Positions 52,830 through 64,000 of a DNA stretch of 64,000 nucleotides are shown in pieces. The notes beneath the pieces are model-generated. The model saw only the letters and a list, made by a program, of their open reading frames with translations. It searched no databases and was not told where the DNA came from. The DNA is taken from positions 60,266,001-60,330,000 of the forward strand of contig NC_087436.1 of the NCBI RefSeq assembly GCF_036321535.1. The letters run 5' to 3'. Position 1 is the stretch's first letter; every line of letters starts with the position of its first letter. Made by a program: the position numbers and the translations under genes. This DNA comes from Camelus dromedarius. Lineage: Eukaryota.

Positions 52830-53982
52830 AACCACAGCAACTAACTCTCGCTGGGAAGAGACCATGCACGGTTGGTGGGTTTTGGAAGCTGCACAGCTTG
52901 GAGAAGGAAGACTGTCCCCACCTCCTGCTGTCCTATGTCTGCCTGCCCAGCCGGTGCCCGGTCCAGCAGTAGCGTGGTGGGGTAGGGTACGGCGTGAGGG
53001 AGGGGGAGGCAGCAGTCCTAGCAGGGGGCTACCAGTCTCCGTTTCCGGATACATGCCCAAATCCACTCCGGGGAGACCTGCTGGGCCTCGGGGTTCTTGT
53101 CCCTGCTACCCAGCACATGTGTGGCTGAGGCCATGTCAAATTCCTGCACCAGGTTCCCATCGAATGCCACAAAGTAGCGTCTCAGACGACTGAAGTCTGG
53201 AGTGGAAGGCGGCAGGTAGAGCCGCACCCCAGTGAAGATGTCCAGCAGCACCTTTGCTTGGCACGGGGTCTCATCGGGGGCCTTCCGCTTCTCTCCCACT
53301 TTCACAGGGGAAGGCTTTGCAGCCAGCTTGGTGCCGCCTCTACCGTCGGAGCCACTCAGCTTCTCTCCTGCCTTCTTGGCACTGGCCGAGGGCCGCTTGG
53401 GGGAGGCCCTCGGAGCCTTGTGAGAGACAGCTGGCCCCGAGGTGCCCTCGTTCTCTCCGCTGCTGCCCCCTGTGGTGGAGCTCCCCTCATCTCCGGCCAC
53501 TAGGGTGAAGGCCGCCTGCTCCTTGGACAGCTGGTACAGTTCCTTGAGTTGGGGGAGGTTAGTGGCAGACTTCCAGTCCTTATCATCACGGATTCGGGTG
53601 CAGCGAGGGAATCGGATGGAGATCCCGTCGGCTGTGTGAGCCTCAGATTTGGAGAATTCAGCCCCTGTGATCTCCCACACGGCAGCTTTCTTTGGGTCTG
53701 GGACGATGAAATCAGGGTAGTAGATCTTATTGATTTTCAGCCAGCTGGGTATCTTGCTGGGATCCTTGCTGATCTTCACCATGTCCAGTTCCTTCTGCAG
53801 CCGGGCAAGTGTCGCGTCGTCATGGCCTCCTGCACACTTGGTGACTGTGCACCACTTCTGGCTGCTCGGGTCATAGCAGCCCATGAGGAAGATGGACATC
53901 ATGCCACCTTTGCTCCCTTGCCCATAGAAGGCCCCAAGGACCACCAGGTCAGCTGTGTCAGCCATGGCCCCCTCGTTCAAGT
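52830..53982 (-). pseudogene. LIG3: Processed, 5'-truncated retrocopy of DNA ligase III alpha (3' CDS + proximal 3' UTR)
   Basis: Translation [38 protein letters not shown]...[38 protein letters not shown]...[32 protein letters not shown]...[18 protein letters not shown] is the LIG3-alpha C-terminus. It is contiguous across several parental exon junctions. A GC/CpG-rich block continues ~190 nt past the stop as 3' UTR; that boundary is approximate. Confidence 0.95.
53018..53965 (-). CDS. LIG3: Intact 315-aa ORF in the LIG3 retrocopy (OB-fold + linker + BRCT; no catalytic adenylation domain); translation unproven
   Basis: No stops or frameshifts. First ATG is in GCCATGG context at 53965-53963. 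The ORF-track start at 54013 is a GTG in non-homologous flank. Confidence 0.5.
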   Translation of the reverse strand: MADTADLVVLGAFYGQGSKGGMMSIFLMGCYDPSSQKWCTVTKCAGGHDDATLARLQKELDMVKISKDPSKIPSWLKINKIYYPDFIVPDPKKAAVWEITGAEFSKSEAHTADGISIRFPRCTRIRDDKDWKSATNLPQLKELYQLSKEQAAFTLVAGDEGSSTTGGSSGENEGTSGPAVSHKAPRASPKRPSASAKKAGEKLSGSDGRGGTKLAAKPSPVKVGEKRKAPDETPCQAKVLLDIFTGVRLYLPPSTPDFSRLRRYFVAFDGNLVQEFDMASATHVLGSRDKNPEAQQVSPEWIWACIRKRRLVAPC

Positions 53983-54639
53983 TTGCACACAAGCTTTTGC
54001 TGCTTCTAAACACACCCAGTGATGACCACTGTTCTGAGTTGTTTTCTCAGGTCCCTTTAGTACCAATTTAGACACAACACCCGGAACCACTGAGGGAAGT
54101 TCCTGTGTTTGTGCGTGGTTCCCCCAAGCCCCAGGGTCCTTCTCCTTTCTACTGCTATATGGTTGAGTTGTACTACTGTGTTTCCACTTTGGTCTCCATT
54201 TTTAAGTTCTCACTAGTTTCACTTATGACGCCTCAGTCCCTTTGAGAGACTGGACTCTATTTAGGTTGAATGATTGAGAGTCACTCTTTTCCTGCTCCTC
54301 ACCAAGTCTGGAGACTTAGCTGCTACCAAGTGCCCTAACTGAGACCCTGATAAGTGGACAGATTTTCTAAATGGAACTACCTGCCATTGAAATTCCGCTG
54401 CCTGAGATTCTTATTATTTAATCTTCATTAACACAAAGAGTATAGTATATCTAGGAATCACTATTACAAGTGAATTGTCTCATTAATAAGCTCTCTCTCT
54501 CTGATTCCCTTATCTGCCTCTACATACTCCAGACTGTAAAATCCTTGACAGAGAGAAATACAGCATTCATTTTTTTGTACTCTAGAACCTGGCCCAGTTA
54601 ATGCTATAGCTGAAGGCATGAATGAATCAATTTCCCCAC

Positions 54640-55237
54640 ATGGCAGGCTGAATCATGGTTCTCCAAGATGTCCCTGCCCTAATCCCTGGGACCTGTGCAG
54701 ACGTTATGTTACATGGAAAAGGGGACTTTGAAGATGACTTTGAGGCTACAGGTCTTAAAATAAGGAGAGTAACCTGCATTATCCAGGCGAGGCCAATCTA
54801 ACCACATGATCCCTTAAAAGCAGAGAATGCTCTCTGGCTGGAGTCAGATAGATATGGTGGAAGAGGGAGGCAGAATATGAAGAGCACAGGGGAAATCGAA
54901 GACTCCAAGTATGAGAAAGGTTTGATATGGGTGGCTTTATGCATGAACTAGATAGAGGCCTCTAGAAGCAAAGGGGGGCCTGCTGCTGACAGCTAGTATG
55001 AAAATGGAGATCTCGGTCCTGCAGCCTCAAGGAACTGATTTTGGCCAATAACATGAATGAGCTGGGAAACAGACTCTTCTGCAGGGCCGCAAGTAAGAAA
55101 TGCTGCCCTGGTGGCTATCTTGATTTTACATAAATAAGGCCCCTGTGAGACTGTTGATTAACAGAAAGTGTGAGATAATTAAGCTGTGACCTTAAGTTTG
55201 TGGTTATTTTTTATAGCATTCATAAAAAACTAATACA
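54640..55237 (+). mobile_element. MaLR LTR (MLT1D/E-like)
   Basis: 'tggcaggctgaatcatgg...ccctaatccctgggacctgtg...atgttacatggaaaaggggactttg', ending 'aaaaactaataca'. Confidence 0.9.
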
Positions 55238-55477
55238 CTCTGCTTCTGGATTTCTCTGGTGTAATTCCTCAGTGTGTCTCGTTCCTTAAATCTATTCTCT
55301 TCCATATCTTCTTGGATATCACGCTTGGGGAGAATTGCTATTAGAGAGACCCAATCCAATGCAGGCCAATTTAATATAAAATATTTCTTTCCATTTAACA
55401 CACTCATCACATATGAAAACTCAGATTCTCTACATACACCAAACTCTTACAGCATTCACTCCTTGATGCTTTTATTC

Positions 55478-55663
55478 CAGCAGTTGTCTGAAAGTTTAAA
55501 GCATATCAAAAACCACTTGGAGGGCTTGTTAACACACAGATTGCTGCACCCCAAACCCAGAGTTTCTAACTTAGTAGGTTTGGGGCAGAGATTTTTATTT
55601 CTATAACAAGTACCCAGGTGATGCTAGTGCTTCTGGTTAGCTGAACATTCTTTGAGGACCACT
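55478..55663 (-). mobile_element. MER5A (hAT-Charlie DNA transposon)
   Basis: 'ccacttggagggcttgttaacacacagattgctg...ccagagtttctaacttagtaggt...aacaagtacccaggtgatgct...tttgaggaccact'. Confidence 0.85.
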
Positions 55664-55904
55664 ATTTACTAAAATCAAATGGTTTCTTTTGTTATAAAAT
55701 ATTAATCCCTTTTATTCATGCTTCTTTTTTCACCTATTGCCATACATAGGAAACATTCATCTGGGTATGTGCCCTTCCATAAGAGAGTAGAAAAAAAAAT
55801 GCTATTCAAGCCAGCAAATTTTTCTGATGATGATGTAGGTTATTAAAATTATTTGGAGATAACTTGTGTCAATATTTCTGAAAAAGGAGGCTATTGGTAT
55901 TTAA

Positions 55905-56045
55905 AGTAGGGTAATTCTCCATTGCATCATATTTTATTAAATGTCCAGTGTGCTACTTCTGGTTCTGTCCACCAGATGCCCATAGCATTCCCCAGTCATT
56001 TCCAAATGTCCCTGTAGAGGATGTATGAAACTAATTGAGAACTAT
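55905..56045 (-). mobile_element. MER20-like hAT fragment
   Basis: 'ccaccagatgcccatagcattcccc...ccaaatgtccc...ttgagaacta'. Confidence 0.55.
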
Positions 56046-56199
56046 AAATCTATGTTACTCGAGATTACATGCTATTCTTCCCTAATATTTGTAAGGATTT
56101 TCAAATTTTATTCTCATGTTTTATTCATAAGTCCAGTTTATTCTAAATATTTTAATTAATAGTATATGTTACTATACTAACTCCCTGAGGCTGCAACCA

Positions 56200-56746
56200 A
56201 GAAGAATATGTGGCTGGTACCAAGAACCAACTCACTCAGAAACATATTCCTTCCACTTTTAAGTGTACAGAGGCTGGAAAGTAAAGGCCACACTTACCAG
56301 ACTCCCTGACATTCCCCTGTATGATTTAATTTCCACCAATGGTTGGATCCTCTTGACCTGGAATTGGAAGAAAGATATCTCTGAAGAGGAACTAAGCAGG
56401 AAATATCCATTTTATTCACTCATAGTATAGTAATAGTGGTATGTTCTGAAGCCAGAAATTGTAATAGTTTCCTAATTTATGAGTCAGCTTCCTGACTCCA
56501 CACGTTCCTATCATTTCCAGATCAGAAGACTCTTGAGCTGTTCAGTTCCAACACACTGTACAGCATCAGGACCCTTTCCTGGATGTTGTTTGACTTTAGG
56601 ACTTGTACCTCAATGTTCAGCCTTAAATCAGTTTCTGTAGCATTCCCCCAAATTCTGCAAACCATTTCATAGCCAGGAGTAAACCTCTTTATGTTTAAAC
56701 CAGTTAGCAAGGAGTGTGCTCTCTACAACAAAACTCCACCCAATAC
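56200..56746 (+). mobile_element. ERVL LTR (LTR33-like)
   Basis: 'gaggctggaaag...ccagactccctg' and 3' end 'taaacctctttatgtttaaaccagttagc...ctctacaacaaaactccacccaataca'. Confidence 0.65.
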
Positions 56747-59700
56747 AGAATACAGATAGAACTAAATAACAGTCAAGAGAACACCCATGGGTTTGCGTTT
56801 GTTTGTTTGTTTTTAAACCTAAAGTCAAGGTAATTCAAAGATAATTATTCCCAGAAGCACTCATGGAACAAAAAGGTTATAATAGGTACATAATGTTTTT
56901 TTTCCAGATAGAAATCTTGTGGTAATTCATGTAGGCAAGAATAAAAAATATTTGACTATCAGTGGGGTTGGAATTACAGATAAACTAATTAGTTTTCATC
57001 TTAGTAATTTCTCTATTCTCCCTCTACTTCCAGCTGTCAACGTGAAGCTTGTTTTGTCATTAAAGAATGATCTTTTTAGCTTTTTCAGGCCTTTCTGTCA
57101 ACATGCAGTTGTAATTAGAATTTAAAGACTACCCAGATAGAATTTACCATTTTTTATTAGTGCCCCATGGTATTCAAGAATGTGGGAGAAAAGAACTAGA
57201 TTGTACGTCTGGATGAATAAGGACACTGAACTAAATCACTGAATGTGAAATTTGGTTCCAACAGAGCCATGAGAGTTTATCCAGCCCCACCTGCCTCAAC
57301 CTAAAACAGACACCACACACATGAACACAGTCACTCCCTCTGGCCCTGGGAAGGCAGGGACATTCTGGTGAGGTGGGTGAGCATTCTACATATTTTAAAA
57401 CTGGCTTATATGCCAATCTATCTAGTGTTTAATGGGCAGGGTTACACTACGATGGCATCTGGTTTTCCCTTATGAATCAAAACTTAAAATTGAATGCTAG
57501 CTTTTTCCATAGGGGACCAGCACCAGAAAAACATTCAATTATGTCATGTTCAACTTTGTTACTTTTTCAGTTTTTCTTTTGGTGTTCTCCCTATTTTTAC
57601 TAATATTCTAAATTGATCATTTAAAGTACACATATCTATCCACTTCTAACTATACTCCCCCTTTTTTTATTTTACTTTACACACTCAAACATGCACACAC
57701 ACAAGTACACCACAGTTATGCTCCCAGGAAACTTTTGTGTGTATAACAGATAGCTAAAATTCTGGGGCTTGAAAATGTGCATTACTGCAATACAAACTAA
57801 ACTGAATATTAAATATCATTTCTTAAAATTTCTATTATTTCCAAAATTCATGCTTTAGCCTCCCACCATTCTGTTTGTCTTTCTTATTGACTCTTCTGCT
57901 GTTGTTCTGGTTCTCCTTCCATTGTTCTCTCTTCTGGCTCAATCTTCTATTCTTTTCCCTCCTCTTTTCTTCAGTGTTCCTTCTCTTTCTTCTCTGCCTC
58001 ACTCAGAGTACCCCTCCCCCCAAACCAATCTGAACCAAACCAAAACAAACAAAACATGAACAACAAATCCTTCATTTTTCTTATAAATTAATTCTCTTTG
58101 GTTTCTATCCTTAAATTCAGTGACTTTTTGTATGTTCTAAGAATTTCTCTAAAGAATTCCAAAATCTCCATCTTACATGCTTTGATAATTGGGGTTGGGA
58201 GGTTGAAGGGTTGGAAGACTGTGGATGGTATAAAAGGATTCAAGGAAGCTGTCATGTTTTCCAGTTACATAGAGGTTTACCTTTTCAGTTATTAGTATTG
58301 GAATAACAATTTTTAATTGTATGTTGAGATAAATATTTCAAATTGGGGAATTGAGGGAAGATATATAACTATAGGTTTTATATTATAGGAATTGTCAAAT
58401 TAATTTTAGCTGATATTGGATGAGTGATTTCTTTAATTATGTGTCTTTCCATAAGCAGCTCCAGTCAAATCTTTATATCTATCTATGAAAATATTTTCAA
58501 GATATGTTTCACACCAAGTAAATTCGGAAAGGTTATTAACACCTCAATTTATTATTCTAATGCTTTAATGCTTTTTACTTGCTTTATAAAGTTTAGTTGT
58601 TTTTCTGCCTTCTTGGTTCATTGTATCTATCGCTGTCCTGTAATTTCTCATGTTGCCAAAATCACATTCTGTTTTCTAATCACACAGCTTGACAGTATGT
58701 CATTCTTCTTCACTTCAATAGTCCATTGCAGCTGCCTTTGGAATCCTCACAGATAATGAACGTGAACCTAGTAGACACGCTCCTCAAGTCTGGTGATGAG
58801 AAGGGAAAAGTAAACCATCTCATTCAGGAGCTGACATTATTAACTGAGAATTTCCTCATGTCTCATTTAATGAGGTAATTCATGTTCCAGCACATCCAAA
58901 ACTATACAATGTTATGTAAATGTTGGTGATTATTTATAATAATAACAAAACACTTTCCTTCCTATTACCATATACTTCAGAAGCTGATTCAAAAAATAAG
59001 TGGAATGAACTGTGATTTCCTTTCCTAAAGGCTGGTCAGAAAAGACCCTAATAAAAGCCTAGTTTTGATGGTAAAATATAGTAGAAAAGGCATCTATGAT
59101 AACAGTCTTTTTCAAGGATTTTGGGGATCTGGGAAGATACTTCCTAGATAAAGATATAAACATAAATCATAAAATGGCTACCCAATGAGAATGTTTAGTT
59201 CAGGCTTACATTAAAGAACTAGCTGCCATAATTCATTTAAAACCAAGTCATTTCACAAGATTTACAGTGGTAGACATATTTGACTTTTATTAGATTTTCA
59301 GAAAAAAAAAAAAAACTATGTTACCTGTAAAATAGAGCAAGGGAAAAAATAAGTGGGTGTGGAAAGCAAGCAAATATTTGTCTTAAAACCTTCAAAGTTG
59401 CCCCCCAAACCTAGAGATATCTGGTAGGGCCATTGGCAAGGGGTTGGTAGGAAGGGCAGAAAGTTTGGGAGTGGACATTTACCAAGAAACTCATGAAAGT
59501 GTCAAGGAGAAGAGGTATCAATGCATGCCCTAGCCTTTCATCTACTGGGAATCCTGGAAAGTCAAGATACCACCATGGCTAAGTATGGGGAAACAGCCCT
59601 AAAACAAACAATCAACCAGAAGTCTTCAGAAAACATTTTGTTGGGTTTTTTTTTTTTTTTTTGGCAAAACAAAGCAGTTAATATCTGTAAAATAACTTAA

Positions 59701-60689
59701 AGTGTTTTGTAAAGACTATAATTTGTCTGATTATTTCTAAGTTCATTAATTCTCTGGGCGGGGCTTTCGCTTCCTTTTAAGTTTATGTATGAAAGTAGTG
59801 CCAAATCCAAAGACCATACAAAAACAGCAACAACAGCAACAGTCTGGTTGAAAGGAAGCTATCTGGCTAATATTCTAACTGTAAAATCTTCACGGCTCTG
59901 AATAGGCAATTTATTGATTGTTGGATTTTTCCCCCCTCTTTATGATTTTTCTCTCTGCTGTTTTGTCAACATACTGTTTCAGTTCCAATCTGAATTTTGG
60001 GTACATGTCATATCCTGAAATCTTCCTTTTGACTCAGTCCTAAATCCCCTTTGGAATGTTATGAATGCTATTTAATGTGATTATTCCTGATCTAAAAAAC
60101 TATAGCATATAAGATTTTTATGATCCATTCAGGTACAGATATATCCAGGTCTTTTAAAAATAAATTGCTTTCAGCTGTATAAAAAATTATACCATAAAAA
60201 GATGAATGCAATAAGAAATAAACATAACTAGAGCAGGGAAAAAAATCAGGAAAGGGGAAGTTCAAAGATAAATGCATGAAGTAATCAAATTAACAAGAAT
60301 GTTTTATAATGGCATAATTAATGAACTGCAATTTTACATTAGTCTCCAGCAAAAAGAAGTATGGAGAAGGAAGGGCAATTATGTGCTAATGAAGATTATG
60401 ATAATAGAGTAGCAATATTAGAGAGCTGTAATGGAATTAAATTTTGTAAAGGAAAATTCCAGAAAGGCAGCAGATAAAGCAACATAATGATATGAGCTAG
60501 TCAATTGTTCTGAGAAAATTGTACCTGTTAACTTAACTACAGTATTAAAATTTCAATTTTACTTATAAAAATACACAGGTAAAAGGAAAACATTATCATG
60601 GTATAAATAAATTAGTCATTTTAATTCCTTTAGGTGTTATAATTTTCAAGGCTTTTATTTTTACTTAAAAAAAATGTATTTATCCCAAA

Positions 60690-60800
60690 ACAACTCTGAT
60701 AGAGGTTTACAGATGGGGAAACTAGAGGCTCATAGGGATTAAATAATTTTACAAAGGTACACATGTCTGTTAAGCAGAATCAGGCCCATTGATCCCAACT
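60690..60800 (-). mobile_element. MIR SINE fragment
   Basis: 'tttacagatggggaaactagaggctcatagggattaaataattttacaaaggtacaca'. Confidence 0.7.
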
Positions 60801-63149
60801 GGAGTTTTCCTCTCTTGATGCTCAATTGTTTTTCTACATTACTACTTAACCTCAACCTTGGGTGTTAACCTGAACAATTTCCTTCCATTTACATTTTCTT
60901 TCTAATTGTATTTAAGATGAATTTAATCCAACATTGCCAGACTTTCTAATGTTATGTCATGATGAAAAAAATCACTTTTAACTCCAATTTATTTGTTATT
61001 AGAAATGAAAAGATGACATACTCTAGCACTATCTTTTGGCATTTCTCCTTTTCTATTTCTAGAAGACAATAAGTCATCACTTTTTGAAAGGTAAATTGTA
61101 GCTAGAAGGAAGTCAGTGATATGTAATTGGTTCTTTCAATAATACAGTAGTCACTCTTCACATATGTTATAACAGTAAAATTATTCATGCTTTTATGAAT
61201 ATAATTTCTCTCTTTACAGATAAGAATTGTAGTACAAAGTTTGATGGCTTCTTAGGGGTCTTGTTTTGGTAAAATAAAAATATAAAGTGGAAAAATAAAT
61301 TTTAGAAAAATGAGATACAGCTAGGTAAGCAGATGAGGCCATTTGCTGTTTAAATTATCAGTAGCTTCCAAAATAAAATTGCAATTTAAAATGAGCTAAT
61401 GATACAATTTCTTTGTACAATTATTTCCTTGTTTAAGATTTCATACTAAGTAATAAGTGAGGAAATTTAAGAATATGATGTATTTTTGTTGAAACATAGA
61501 GGAATTAGAATTTGAAATGAGTCTTTAATAAGCGATTAACTATCTTTCATCATACAGTTGCCTTGAGGTGAATGGTCTATATTCTAAACTAGAAAGGTAA
61601 TGAAAAAGAAAAGCCATTGTTTTCCTCACATAATGCATTGCACATCAAAGAGAAATAAAATTTAACAATAAAGACTTTACTCTTAGGTGCTTACAATGAC
61701 AGACCTTGACTGTCAAAAAATGTCATGATCATTGAAAGGAAAACATTGATTAAAAGAAACGATAATATATGAGCAAGTTATTCCTTTGCCTCTGTGACTA
61801 CCTCTGTAAGCATTTTAATTTTTTGATGAGGTTTTGAATTAGCTTTTATCCAAAGAATTTAAGATACCACATATAAAAGTAAGTCTAAACCATTATAAAA
61901 TTTAAAACATTGAAACAAAAAAGGGAAATGGAGAAGAAGGATAGTAATGAAAAGCACCCAGCATGCGAAAGAGTATTGAAGAATCCTACTAACCTGGTAA
62001 ATATCAGTGGGTAAAGCACTGCTGTCTGCATTTTGAGTGAATATGTTTCACGTGAATATTGCTTTCAGGTTTTTCTCAGGAAAAAGAGTGACTGAGAGAC
62101 TCAAATTGGACACTATGAGAATTGATTTTTTAATGCCTTTTTAAGTCTCTTTGAAAATGAATAGGTCAATATAATTCCCCTTTGTTTATTAGGAAGACGG
62201 CAGGCAGTCAGACCTTTGAGCAGAAACAACAGCAGAAATAAAGAGTTAAACAATGCCCTTTCTCTTGAGGAAGACTTAGTGAAGGTGAGGAAAATCACGA
62301 TTTCTCTTGATTTCAAACAGTTTCTATCCCGGGAGAAGCTGGTGTTAAAGGACCTTTCTAAATGTTACAGTCGCTTGCATTCAAATTTGATCACACAGAT
62401 GCTGGCTGTTTTGGGGGGGAAGTCATCCTCAGAAGTAATGTGTCAAGATTTTCCCTAAATGCCCAAGCCGAACATCAGCTGTGGCTAAGCTTTTACATTT
62501 TTTCTTGCTGGATATGAAAATCTCTCAGCTCATGCCCGGAATTATCACCTTGTTACCTAAATCAATTTAAAGTAAAACTGGAAAAAATAAACGTCATCAG
62601 AAATTGCATTACTGTGAATAAGGCTTGTCACACTGGATACAAAGAGATAACCAGTGCCCTATCAGGCCTATTTCCACTGGCTTAATCTTCTTAGAATTTG
62701 GGGCCTCCGAGTCCACTCAAAACAGTTCTGCCCAAGAACAACCTAAGGGAAGCACTATAGCCGCCTTAATCCTGACAATTTTTATGCTAAGAATTTCTTC
62801 AGTGAAAAGCACAATGTGCAAGAGACTGTAATGTCCATCTCTCGCAGATCCCAAAATAGAAAGCTGACTGCTTTCTAACTGCCCTGCATCTTCCTCTGGA
62901 TTTTTCTCACAGCTTTTATTTCTTGGACCTCTGCTCCAAGAAAATATTTATTTCAAAATATATAAAATCTCCATCAGTACACCTTGAATTCCATGTTGAA
63001 ATATTTAGGTAGGCTTTACTGATTTTTACCAAGTTAGTAGAATTCTTGAATACTGTCTCCTGTCCTGGACGCTTTTTCTCTCTGACACTTTTTGGGTTCA
63101 CTATGTGTGTACTCCTATTAATTCTGATAGCAACCAGATGGGGTACATA

Positions 63150-63270
63150 TTATTTGCTGTATTTTTTGAGATAAGGGTTATTTAACTTACTTGAGGTCAC
63201 AGAGCTAAGAAATGGGGAAGCCAAGTTTGAGATCACATTGTCTGACTACAAGGCTGGGCTGTTTCCTATA
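63150..63270 (-). mobile_element. MIR SINE fragment
   Basis: 'taacttacttgaggtcacagagctaagaaatggggaagccaagtttga...tgtctgactacaaggc'. Confidence 0.65.
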
Positions 63271-64000
63271 ATTAGGTTGCCATGCAGAAATTTAGGTGAC
63301 AGTTTCCATAAGCACTGGATTATAAAGAACCTAGTAACTGGATAGAGATTAGGAAAGTAGATTTATTAGGGAAATACCATTAGATGGTGCTCATGAATTT
63401 AAATTCAAATCAGTTGTCAAGATTGCATGTATCCAAGGAAACCATTTCACAAACAGAATTGTATGAACTTGGTATCTCATAGTGCCTACTAGAAAAAAGG
63501 TCACTTAGTAGCTGCTTAATAGCTGTATTATAATAGGTATGTTCTTAATATTTTAATTGTATAATAAAGTGCCACTCGTTTCTGTTCCCCCACCTATAAA
63601 CACTTGTCTGCCCGTATTCACCACTTATAACCCAATTCAGGAATGCATCTCTGTTCCCTCATATCTTCACTACATGTAGGTCTACCCCTTGTTAACTTAT
63701 CTCTAACTCTCTGAAGTAGCTGCAAAACCTAGAACTTCTATGCCAATCTAAAACTTGCTAAAAAACAGATCGTAAGGCATTGGCTTGACAGCTCCAGTTC
63801 CTGGTACAGAGCAGATACTTAATACACTTTTGTAGGGTTGTTTTGGCGATAGAGGTGCCTCACTCCAACCAGACTGCTAGGCAAGGAAAGATGAGCTAAT
63901 TCAACACTTAAATGTATTTTTTTTCCATAGCCAGTCAGATAATTGTGTTAAGGAAAAAATTTGGGGGTGCACTATTCTTATTTCATGAATATTAACAAAG

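Noticed and set aside
53966..54013. N-terminal extension [11 protein letters not shown] of the 331-aa ORF
   Set aside because: Starts at a GTG in flanking DNA. LIG3 similarity begins only at LNEGAM.
53018..54013. The functional LIG3 gene itself
   Set aside because: No introns, and the N-terminal two-thirds including the catalytic domain is absent from the window.
53549..54022. 157-aa + strand ORF and other overlapping ORFs at 52782-53639
   Set aside because: Antisense or alternate-frame shadows of the GC-rich LIG3 coding sequence, with no independent homology.

Overview
AT-rich, repeat-dense mammalian genomic DNA, most likely intronic or intergenic. Two tRNA-derived SINEs resemble the camelid Vic-1 type, so the source is probably camel, alpaca or llama. 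The only recognisable protein-coding sequence is an intronless, 5'-truncated retrocopy of DNA ligase III alpha (LIG3) on the minus strand (~52830-53982). Its frame is uninterrupted from a Kozak-context ATG (53965) to the native stop (53018), giving 315 aa of OB-fold, linker and BRCT with no adenylation domain. I see no poly(A) tail or clean target-site duplication (TSD) for it. The rest is transposon fossil record: L1MA/MB/MC pieces (one twin-primed inversion, one 5'-to-3' collapsed copy), L2, MIR, MER5A/MER20, MaLR/ERVL/ERV1 LTRs, a decayed ERVL pro-pol-dUTPase and a young CpG-rich solo LTR. A few strong + strand splice-site pairs (best: a 22-nt microexon at 50496-50517) hint at an unidentified host gene with very large introns. 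No prokaryotic genes, CRISPR arrays, rRNAs or intact tRNAs were seen. Repeat subfamily names come from recalled consensus motifs, and boundaries are approximate unless a TSD is quoted.
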